Shown: positions 48,465 through 56,076 of the stretch, piece after piece | Layout of the letters: each line of letters starts with the position of its first letter | Numbering within the stretch: the stretch's first letter is position 1 | Assembly: GCA_965204375.1 (NCBI GenBank) | Contig: OZ241986.1 | Coordinates: 2,112,001-2,176,000, forward strand | Origin: Candidatus Latescibacterota bacterium | GTDB lineage: Bacteria > Latescibacterota > UBA2968 | DNA length: 64,000 nt | Direction of reading: 5' to 3' | Position numbers and translations under genes: made by a program | The notes under the pieces: model-generated | Seen by the model: only the letters and a program-made list of their open reading frames with translations | What the model was told of the DNA's origin: nothing | The model's database searches: none

Positions 48465-49568
48465 TCATTCGGCCCCGATCCACGCGGAACCGTAATCGTT
48501 ATCAAGCTCACGATACATGCTGTGAGCATGATCTACGGTGCCTTCGCCGTTTTGAACCGCGTATTCGAGTACCATGGACGGGCTGGTCACGCGGAAATAC
48601 GCGGCGCCCAAGGCTCCCTGCCGCCCCCACCATCCAAAGTATGTCTCCTCGATCTCGGCCACCACGGTTTTCATTTTCTCAGCATAGTCGTCATTGTTCA
48701 TGAAACCCAAACGGGCCTCGATCACATCCAGGAGTAACGTTCTCTGCATAGCTGTAAGTTCGCTTCCCTTAATGCCTTCCGGCGCAACTGTTGCACCATA
48801 CTTTCCTGGCCCCAGCAAGAGGTCAATGGGCTGCTCTGCACGAACGGCTTGTCCCTTCTGTTCGTCCGTAAGGCTATCCATGAACGCTTGCGCTGCCGCA
48901 GTTTCCCTCTGCGTAATGAAGATTTCGTCACCGTCAAGGCGCAAGTGCAGCGGTTGGCCGCCAGTCAGCATCGGTGAAAAGGAAACGTTCGGTCCGAATA
49001 CTGTGGCGTTTAATGCGAGATGGTGCCCGCCGAACTGGAACATCCAGGGCTCTGTACTTGACGGTTCACCGAGAAATGCAGCGTAAAAGTACTTACTGCC
49101 GTATTTCATGACGCCGAACAGGTCTCCTGGGATCAGTAAGTCTGCTGCGGCCAGTTGATAAGTGATATTTTTCACACCGTCTTCACTCAAGAGTTCACCA
49201 AGGAGCTTATCGAGATTCGCCCGCTGTATTGCAGAGAGAACACCGAGCTTTACACCACCACGCGGAACCATACCCTCAGGAAAGTTGGACCAGTTTGAAC
49301 GCTGTGCGTTATCGGTAAACCGATATGTCGCCGCTTGTCTCTGATTGTCGTCCAGTGAGTCCAGAAAGAGCCTTGCAGCCGCCACGATGGCCACGGTCTT
49401 CTCGTCGGCAGCAGGCAGGTCGTGAGCGTGCTTGAGATTGATCTCTACTGGTAAGGGAACCGCTCCAAAAAAGACCTGAGCTACAATATCGGGGTAAAAA
49501 AACAGGTAGCCGAAAACTGCGGCAACGGCAATCACTGCACCGAGAAGGTAGATCAACACACGTTTCAT
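48465..49568 (-). CDS. DUF3500-domain protein
   Basis: N-terminal TM anchor; WSNFP, FLGEPS, FQFGGHHLALN, HAHSMYR...NDYG. Confidence 0.8.
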   Translation of the reverse strand: MKRVLIYLLGAVIAVAAVFGYLFFYPDIVAQVFFGAVPLPVEINLKHAHDLPAADEKTVAIVAAARLFLDSLDDNQRQAATYRFTDNAQRSNWSNFPEGMVPRGGVKLGVLSAIQRANLDKLLGELLSEDGVKNITYQLAAADLLIPGDLFGVMKYGSKYFYAAFLGEPSSTEPWMFQFGGHHLALNATVFGPNVSFSPMLTGGQPLHLRLDGDEIFITQRETAAAQAFMDSLTDEQKGQAVRAEQPIDLLLGPGKYGATVAPEGIKGSELTAMQRTLLLDVIEARLGFMNNDDYAEKMKTVVAEIEETYFGWWGRQGALGAAYFRVTSPSMVLEYAVQNGEGTVDHAHSMYRELDNDYGSAWIGAE

Positions 49569-49572
49569 GGAT

Positions 49573-49672
49573 CCCGCCTTGATCTTTCCATTTATTCTTC
49601 CTCATCATCTCCGTATTCTTCACCGCGATAAGCCGCGCGCAACTCGGCGATATTGGTCGCCTTCTTAACGCG
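49573..49672. repeat. Direct repeat copy (rraA 3' end + frameshifted gfo start stub)
   Basis: Matches 48342-48442; a 1-nt deletion turns MEKIKAG into MERSRRDP*. Confidence 0.95.
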
Positions 49673-50317
49673 CTCTTGAAGTGCCTCTTCCCCTGCGATC
49701 AGTTCTTTCACATTCGCCAGCACCTCTGCCATCCGATCTGCGGGAAACTTAACCGCGCCATTTTCATCCATGTGAATAATCTCGCCAGGCGCAACATCCA
49801 TGCCGCAAATCGACACCGGCACATTCACCGCCTGCACAGCCTGATCGCCGTGGCCCGGCGATATACCCGTCAACAAATACTGAAACTCCATCGGACGAAT
49901 CTCATCGATATCTCTCGACGGCCCATTTGACACGCACCCCACGCACCCGAGTGCTTTCATCGTCGTCGTCATATTGCCGCCCGCAAGCCCCACCTTACCC
50001 GCAATCTCCGGCGGAAACTTCTGCTCCAGCGCCAGTATCGTCGGCTTTGGCGACGCATCCAGTGCCTCGGACACATCCATAAACGACAACCGGCTAAACC
50101 CCGCATCCGGCAACCCAAAAGTACACGTCACAGCATACCCACACCGCACGCCGAGTTCTGGATACATACACTTAATCGTCTGATCCGTGTACCAGTTCTC
50201 AACCCACGGATTGTAAAGCCCCAAACACAACGGATTACTCGGATACGTCGCCACCACATTTGTAATAGACGGCGTATCGAAATTCTCCAACTCCTTCAAA
50301 ATCTCCTGCTCTGTCAT
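49592..50317 (-). CDS. RraA / HMG-aldolase family protein
   Basis: DTPSITN, GYAVT, GCVSNGPSRDIDEI, VAPGEIIHMDENG. Confidence 0.85.
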   Translation of the reverse strand: MTEQEILKELENFDTPSITNVVATYPSNPLCLGLYNPWVENWYTDQTIKCMYPELGVRCGYAVTCTFGLPDAGFSRLSFMDVSEALDASPKPTILALEQKFPPEIAGKVGLAGGNMTTTMKALGCVGCVSNGPSRDIDEIRPMEFQYLLTGISPGHGDQAVQAVNVPVSICGMDVAPGEIIHMDENGAVKFPADRMAEVLANVKELIAGEEALQERVKKATNIAELRAAYRGEEYGDDEEE

Positions 50318-50330
50318 GGTAATCTCCTTA

Positions 50331-50372
50331 AGTTGTCAGTCTTCAGTTGTCCGTTGTCAGTCCACCCAGCCC
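50331..50372. repeat. Heptamer tandem repeat plus dispersed CAGTCCACCCA(G/A)CCC motif
   Basis: AGTTGTC AGTCTTC AGTTGTC CGTTGTC then CAGTCCACCCAGCCC; related copies at 53033-53077 and 55963-55978. Confidence 0.65.
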
Positions 50373-50417
50373 ACCAGTCTCCAGCCCCTCTCTCGCCTTT
50401 ATCTGTGTTCATCTGCG

Positions 50418-51392
50418 TCATCTGCGGATTCTACCCACCTTCACCACATGCCCCTGATCCCAATCCTGGATCAACGGCTCCAGATCATCCCAAAACGCTT
50501 CGGGAATTTCAATACGACCAGCTTCGGCATTTTGAATGGTCTCCGCCTTGTTTCGCCCCCCGCAAATCGCCGTTGCAATCAACGGATGCCTCGTACACCA
50601 CTGCAGCGATGCAGCCACCAGTGGAATGCCATAATCGTCGCAAAGCGCTTTTATCCTCCCAACGCGATCCAAAACCGCCTGACTAAAATTGCGATTCACA
50701 TAAGAATGCCCGGGCACGGGTCCCGTCGCCAACAAACCGCGTTCCAGAGGTGTTGCGAGCGCAATCCCCACATTGTGTTTTTCAGCACCGGGAAAAATGA
50801 ACGTATCCGCCGCGCGGTTCAACAAACTCCACGCATCGGGAACCACCGAAGCATCAAACTCGCCCGTATCAATATAGGGACCATTGGAATCGGGATCATT
50901 CGCCGCAATGCCAACAAAACGCACCACACCCTCATCCTGCAATTTTCGCAACGCCCCAAGCGCGCCATCTTCTGCCATCACCTGCTGCATGGGAAAATCC
51001 ATCGGGTCGTGAATGTACAACACGTCAAACGCATCCAGACCCAACCGCTCCTGGCTGTCTTCAACCTGCTGCATCACCCCGTCAAAAGAGAAATCGTATT
51101 CATTTCCCGATCTCCCCACTTTTGTCGTCACCGTACATTTTTCAGCCAGGTCGGGGCGTTCACGCAACGCGCGACCAATAATTTTCTCACTCGCGGTATT
51201 CCCGTAAAGCGGCGCTGTATCGACCAGCGTACACCCGGCCTCAATAGCAGCCACCACATTCTCTACACCCACATCTTCATCGACGCCCGGCAAAAAATGA
51301 CCATCTGCCCCCATCACACGAGCGAGAAATGCCGTGCCAAAACTTACGATTGGAACCTCCAACCCCGTTCTGCCCAATATCTTACTCTGCAT
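50418..51392 (-). CDS. Aldo/keto reductase
   Basis: LGRTGLEV, DTAPLYG, TTKVG, LYIHD catalytic tetrad residues. Confidence 0.93.
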   Translation of the reverse strand: MQSKILGRTGLEVPIVSFGTAFLARVMGADGHFLPGVDEDVGVENVVAAIEAGCTLVDTAPLYGNTASEKIIGRALRERPDLAEKCTVTTKVGRSGNEYDFSFDGVMQQVEDSQERLGLDAFDVLYIHDPMDFPMQQVMAEDGALGALRKLQDEGVVRFVGIAANDPDSNGPYIDTGEFDASVVPDAWSLLNRAADTFIFPGAEKHNVGIALATPLERGLLATGPVPGHSYVNRNFSQAVLDRVGRIKALCDDYGIPLVAASLQWCTRHPLIATAICGGRNKAETIQNAEAGRIEIPEAFWDDLEPLIQDWDQGHVVKVGRIRR

Positions 51393-51421
51393 CGCAATCT
51401 CCTCCTGAAAAAGCCTCTCGC

Positions 51422-51450
51422 ATAATAGACGACAGAACCCCGCGTGTCAA
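51422..51450 (-). promoter_or_regulatory. sigma70 promoter of the AKR-rraA operon
   Basis: TTGACA-N17-TATTAT, 30 bp upstream of ATG 51392. Confidence 0.85.
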
Positions 51451-51508
51451 TGCGAAAAAATTCCCTGCTCTGTGTCGGAAATTAAAAATGATAAAAACAA
51501 AAATACTC

Positions 51509-51538
51509 TTGACAGTCTATATCAATTTCTGTTATACG
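51509..51538 (+). promoter_or_regulatory. sigma70-type promoter of the DUF4926 locus
   Basis: TTGACA at 51509 followed by TG-T-TATACG at 18-bp spacing. Confidence 0.5.
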
Positions 51539-51542
51539 TCAT

Positions 51543-51602
51543 GTGTGGAGAGTGCGCCCAAACTATCCCAGGTTTATTACAGCGCACCCGCGCAGGAGGT
51601 AA
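51543..51602 (+). pseudogene. 3' stub of a DUF6883-like gene
   Basis: Frame VWRVRPNYPRFITAHPRRR* ends 3 bp before the DUF4926 start; VW...PR(L/F)(V/I)TA(Y/H)P is the C-terminus I recall for DUF6883, the usual upstream partner. Confidence 0.55.
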
Positions 51603-51605
51603 GAG

Positions 51606-51848
51606 ATGTTCAAAGAACATGAACAAATCGTGCTCACTGCCGATGTAGTCGGCGATGAAGGAGAAGAACTGAAATCGGATGACGTAGGTACCATAATCCA
51701 CATCCACCCGAATGAAGAAGCCCTTGTAGTGGAGTTCATGTCCCTCAATGGCGACACAGTGGCCATCGCGACAGTGTTGCCATCACAAGCGCGTCTCGTG
51801 ACCAACGCGGACCTCACACATGCCAGAACAGTTCCGGCTACCGTCTGA
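51606..51848 (+). CDS. DUF4926-domain protein
   Basis: AGGAGG RBS; EHEQIVLTADV...DVGTIIHIH...LVVEF...GDTVA. Confidence 0.8.
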   Translation: MFKEHEQIVLTADVVGDEGEELKSDDVGTIIHIHPNEEALVVEFMSLNGDTVAIATVLPSQARLVTNADLTHARTVPATV

Positions 51849-51870
51849 CCTACCCTTGTATCAATTTCGA

Positions 51871-52136
51871 GGGCGTAATGGGGCGTAATAGGAGCGCAAT
51901 GGAGGCGCAATGGGGGCGCAATTGAATAAAAAAATCAACGAGTCCAACGGACCGCAGCAAACGATACGTGTTTAATGATAGATAGTCAACTCGGGAGCTA
52001 TGACAAGCTGTGACAAGCTATGACAGAGCATCACAGAATTGGAGCGTAATGGGGAGCAATAGAAACGCCTGTGAGACTGCGGTTGGCTTATTCTGGCTTA
52101 TTCTGGCCTATTCTGGCTTAAAGTCATCACAGAATC
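51871..52136. repeat. Cluster of three 10-11 bp tandem repeat families
   Basis: GG(G/A)GCG(T/C)AAT x5 (51871-51922) and x2 (52041-52060); AGCT(A/G)TGACA x3 (51996-52025); TGGC(T/C)TATTC x3.7 (52084-52120); CATCACAGAAT twice. Confidence 0.85.
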
Positions 52137-52169
52137 GCGGGAAAATAGTAGGTTGATGGGCAAAAAATG

Positions 52170-52236
52170 ACCCCCCCGACTACTCCGTAATGGAGAGTGC
52201 TCGCCTGGAGCACTTGTCATCGGGGGGGAACCTTTT
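52170..52236. other. Branched stem-loop (three-way junction), terminator-like or small structured RNA
   Basis: Outer CCCCCCCGA/TCGGGGGGG stem enclosing CTCC-GTAAT-GGAG and AGTGCTC-GCCTG-GAGCACT hairpins; T-runs follow on both strands. Confidence 0.55.
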
Positions 52237-52272
52237 ATTATTGGGCTGGATGAACCATAGCGAAACAAATAC

Positions 52273-53019
52273 CTAAACCGCCATCGCCTCTTCTTTGAGA
52301 TCTGTCAACCCTTCAAACTCGCGCCAGATATCGGCCATAGCATCCGTGCTATTTTCTCTGGCATTGACGTGTCGGGGTCTGAAAATCACGGCATAACGGA
52401 TATCGGGCGAATGATTTGGTCCGCCATTGTGATACATCTGGTGATGGCAGATCACCGCATCGCCCGCTTCGCCCATAAACTGAATCGGCCCATGCGGCAA
52501 ATCGATATTGGGAATTCGGCGATTGGCCTTTGCCGTCTCCACATAATTGGGATCCTTTTGAAATGCCGCCTCATAAGCGCGATGCGATCCGGGCCAAAAA
52601 CAGAAATTGCCCATATATGGTCGCGGAACATCGTGGACCAGAACCACCACCAGCAGCGTCATACCGCGACTCAGCAACCCATTCTTCAACTTCCCACCCA
52701 AATCCAGATGCCCTCGCGTCAGCGGACGCTCCTCTACATCGGGAAAATTGAGCTTCACATTGCCTCCCTGTTGTGGGATCAACTTCCCCTCTCCCACAAC
52801 TGACTCGCACAGACCCCAAAGCGGCGATTTATTAAACAAATCTGTAATCACCGGCTCATTGCTCAACCCCGGATTTCGTCCCTGTGCCATCACGCGATAA
52901 CGCATGTGTCTATTAATGGCCTTGCGCGCCTGATCGGCCATCAACTTTGGCACAGCACCACGCACAAGCACATATCCTTCTTCGAAAAACTGCTGCTTTT
53001 GAGCTTTGGTCATCTGCAT
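52273..53019 (-). CDS. Phytanoyl-CoA dioxygenase family protein
   Basis: QFFEEGY, GHLD (HxD), WPGSH, AGDAVICH...H..GPN, IRYAVIFR. Confidence 0.9.
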   Translation of the reverse strand: MQMTKAQKQQFFEEGYVLVRGAVPKLMADQARKAINRHMRYRVMAQGRNPGLSNEPVITDLFNKSPLWGLCESVVGEGKLIPQQGGNVKLNFPDVEERPLTRGHLDLGGKLKNGLLSRGMTLLVVVLVHDVPRPYMGNFCFWPGSHRAYEAAFQKDPNYVETAKANRRIPNIDLPHGPIQFMGEAGDAVICHHQMYHNGGPNHSPDIRYAVIFRPRHVNARENSTDAMADIWREFEGLTDLKEEAMAV

Positions 53020-53076
53020 GGGAATCTCCTTTCAGTTAGCAGTTGTCGTTCCCAACTACCAGTCCCACCCAGCCCC

Positions 53077-54045
53077 CTATTCATAATCCAACACAACCTT
53101 AATCGCCTCGTCGCGATGATCGATAAACAATTCAAAACCCTTTTGCACCTCTGTAAACGGCAAATGGTGTGTGATAATCGGCGAAACATCAATGCGTCCC
53201 TGTGCGATCATATCCATAGCCAGGGGATAATCATTCAGCGAATCTGGCCCCACAGAGCCGATCAGCGTCACATTCTTACTGAAAAAAGCGCGATAATTAA
53301 ACGCGTACACATCGTCATCGGGCACGCCAAACGCCAGGACCGTACCCAGACGTTTGGTTAAATTCAGGCACAAATTGACCGTATCCTGATTGTGCCCCAC
53401 AATTTCCACCGTCAGATCGGCCATGCGCCCATCTGTAATATCTCTAACAACAGCCACCACATCTTCCCTATCGGGATTCACCACATGGGTTGCCCGCATC
53501 TTTTTTGCCGCTTCGAGACGAAAATCGACCGTATCCACAGCAACCACGGTCTTCGCCCCCAAATTGCTCAGCAAATGCGTCATCAACAACCCCATGGGAC
53601 CCTGCCCCACCACCACGGCATCCCAATTGAGAATATTGCCCAATTTGCGACACGCCCAAATCACCGTCCCCAGAGGCTGTGACATCAACAATTCATCAAG
53701 GGGTTTATAGTCCGCGAGATGCACCCCCACTTTTTCGCTCGAAATATAATACTCAGCCAACCCACCAATACCTGCCGTGGGGCGCGCCTGCACAAAATCC
53801 CCCGGTTGAAACCGATCCGACGACGACGCAACCACCGTTCCAATACACTCGTGAATGGAAGTCCCGATATTCATCGGATACACCGCGTCCGGTTGTTTCA
53901 ATACAAACTTTGGCGAATCCGACCCACAAATCGCGGTCATATGCGCCTTAACCTTTATCGATCCTCCTGGAAAATCCTCAATATTCGGCTCATCGGCCTC
54001 AAACATCTCAATCTGCCGATGAGCGACAACATGTGCTGCTTTCAC
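53077..54045 (-). CDS. Zn-binding MDR alcohol/sugar dehydrogenase
   Basis: GTG start after GGAGG; ICGSD, IHECIG, GQGPMG; no structural-Zn Cys loop. Confidence 0.9.
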   Translation of the reverse strand: MKAAHVVAHRQIEMFEADEPNIEDFPGGSIKVKAHMTAICGSDSPKFVLKQPDAVYPMNIGTSIHECIGTVVASSSDRFQPGDFVQARPTAGIGGLAEYYISSEKVGVHLADYKPLDELLMSQPLGTVIWACRKLGNILNWDAVVVGQGPMGLLMTHLLSNLGAKTVVAVDTVDFRLEAAKKMRATHVVNPDREDVVAVVRDITDGRMADLTVEIVGHNQDTVNLCLNLTKRLGTVLAFGVPDDDVYAFNYRAFFSKNVTLIGSVGPDSLNDYPLAMDMIAQGRIDVSPIITHHLPFTEVQKGFELFIDHRDEAIKVVLDYE

Positions 54046-54117
54046 CAATTCCTCCTTCCAAAAGAAGTAAGAAGTGAGAAGACCCCGCCCAACCACCCAA
54101 AGGCTGGTGCTCCATCG

Positions 54118-54182
54118 CACACTTCCTCCTTCACACTTCCTCCTTCACACTTCCTCCTTCACACTTCCTCCTTCACACTTCC
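54118..54182. repeat. 14-bp tandem repeat (CACACTTCCTCCTT) x4.6
   Basis: Four exact units plus CACACTTCC; the same heptamer family occurs at 55991-56003 and 56044-56074. Confidence 0.95.
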
Positions 54183-55943
54183 CTAATCCGCCGCCTCAAT
54201 CCGCGGGGCCTTCAACTCACTGCGCTTTCCCAACCATATAAACACACCGCCAACGCCCAGCACAAAACCGCCCACAAACAAGATTCCCAGACGTCCGATC
54301 AGTGGATTGGGCAACAAAACGAGCATACAAATCACCCCACCAATAACCGCAGCAAAACTACCGATAATTTTGAGCTGACGCAAATCATTTGGTATGCCGA
54401 TCTCTTTCTCAAAATCAACCGGTGTCAACATCCGATCAAAAAATTCCTGCGCCTGCCTCTTATACAATTCCGGTGTGCGATTCCAGAACGGCATCGTCAA
54501 CAAATAAACCACTATCCCCACGGCGAGATTGGTAAACACCTTCTGCTGAAATGACCAGGTCTCGCCAAAGAGTTCCGCGCTAAAAAACCCGATTGCAGAT
54601 GGAATCAACGTCACGCACACCGTCACAATAGCCGCCCAACTCGGCGACGTGCGAATAAACAGCCCCATCAACGCAGGCACAGCCATCGGCAGCGCCAACA
54701 ACGCACCGATATTCAACATATGTTCAAACACCCCTCTGCCCTCTGTATTCGCAAAATACGTGGCAATACTCACAATACACACCCCAAACACCGCTGAAAA
54801 CACCTGCCCCAACCGCATCAGGCTTTTGCCCTGCATAGCCGCTCTCCCAAACAAACGGCACAGCGTCGGATAAATATCATTCGTAAAAATCGCCGCATTG
54901 CGATTCAACCCCGAATCCATCGAACTCATCGTCGCCGCAAACATCGCCACCACCATCAGCCCCGTCATACCCAGCGGCAACACATTCAAACTCGCAATCG
55001 CATACGCAGCTTCCGCAGCCTTGGGAATATCGACCGCCATCACCTCGGCGTGAAACAAAAGCCGCGCAGTCATCGGCGGAATAAACCAGATAAAAGCACC
55101 CGCCGTCATCAGCACAAAGCCCAGCCACGCCGCCTTTTGCGCCTCGCGTCCATCCTTCACCAGAAAATACCGCTGTGCCGACGTAAGCGTATTATAACCA
55201 ATCACATTCTTCAGCAGCATCGCGATAGCCCACGCATACGTATAAGCCCGCAACGGAAATTGGTCAGGTGCATTAAACACACCATAAGCCGACGACAACC
55301 CCATATTCTGAATCCCTTGAAACAAAGCACCCACGCCACCGAGTTTCACCAGACACAACACACCCACCAGAATAGTAATGGGAATGAGGATAAGCGTCTG
55401 CAGAAAATCCGTAGCCGTCACCGCCCAACTGCCGCCGATCAGCGAATAGACCAACACAACCGCGCCCACCACCACGATCACCTGCTCAATTTTATATCCA
55501 AACACCGCCGAGCAGAAAATCGCCAACCCCAGAAGATGCAGCGACGAATACAGAGTTTGCATCACAAACGACATCCACGCGTAAAATTGTTGCGTCGAAA
55601 TGCCAAAGCGCAGGCGGATAACCTCTGGCCCCGTAATAGCCCGGATCTGCCGAAACCATTTGGCGAGAAACAAACCGTTGATTGCAAAACCCACTGAATT
55701 TGCCAGATAAATCACCAGCACACTCCAGCCAGCTTCATAAGCCGCACCCGCCGCACCCGAAAAAGTCCACGCACTAAACGCCGTCATAAACGCACTCGAC
55801 CCCACCAGCCACCAGGTGCCCTTGCAACCGTTTCGAAAATAATCACTCACATTTTCATTAAAACGGCGAAACACCATCCCCACCCCAACCAGCACGGCCA
55901 AATAACATCCGATCACAACGTACTCAACCGATGCTTCACTCAT
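54183..55943 (-). CDS. Sodium:solute symporter (SSS) family transporter
   Basis: DYFRNG, SAWTFSGAAG, GGSWAVTATDFLQ, AQRY, FAATMSSMDSGLN. Confidence 0.95.
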   Translation of the reverse strand: MSEASVEYVVIGCYLAVLVGVGMVFRRFNENVSDYFRNGCKGTWWLVGSSAFMTAFSAWTFSGAAGAAYEAGWSVLVIYLANSVGFAINGLFLAKWFRQIRAITGPEVIRLRFGISTQQFYAWMSFVMQTLYSSLHLLGLAIFCSAVFGYKIEQVIVVVGAVVLVYSLIGGSWAVTATDFLQTLILIPITILVGVLCLVKLGGVGALFQGIQNMGLSSAYGVFNAPDQFPLRAYTYAWAIAMLLKNVIGYNTLTSAQRYFLVKDGREAQKAAWLGFVLMTAGAFIWFIPPMTARLLFHAEVMAVDIPKAAEAAYAIASLNVLPLGMTGLMVVAMFAATMSSMDSGLNRNAAIFTNDIYPTLCRLFGRAAMQGKSLMRLGQVFSAVFGVCIVSIATYFANTEGRGVFEHMLNIGALLALPMAVPALMGLFIRTSPSWAAIVTVCVTLIPSAIGFFSAELFGETWSFQQKVFTNLAVGIVVYLLTMPFWNRTPELYKRQAQEFFDRMLTPVDFEKEIGIPNDLRQLKIIGSFAAVIGGVICMLVLLPNPLIGRLGILFVGGFVLGVGGVFIWLGKRSELKAPRIEAAD

Positions 55944-55990
55944 AGAACGTTCTCCGATTAGTCAGTCCACCCAACCCCCAACCGTCTTTG

Positions 55991-56074
55991 CTTCACACTT
56001 CACCATGGTATTCGCGGCAGGGATTCCGCTCCTACGGGTTAATTTCACACTTCACACTTCCTACTTCACACTTC
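55991..56074. repeat. Heptamer repeats flanking a GTAG-type REP half-site
   Basis: TTCACAC/TTCCTAC units around TCGCGGCAGGGATTCCGCTCCTAC (GTAGGAGCGG... on the minus strand). Confidence 0.55.
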
Positions 56075-56076
56075 TC

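Noticed and set aside
50398-50430. ATCTG(T/C)G-type 9-10 bp repeats as a separate element
   Set aside because: Only three degenerate units overlapping the AKR stop codon; too little to support a call.
51871-52136. CRISPR array
   Set aside because: Units are 10-11 bp, directly abutting, with no unique spacers and no cas genes.
52165-52240. tRNA, tmRNA or SRP RNA
   Set aside because: No T-loop GTTCRA, CCA end or SRP GGAA loop motif; only two internal hairpins.
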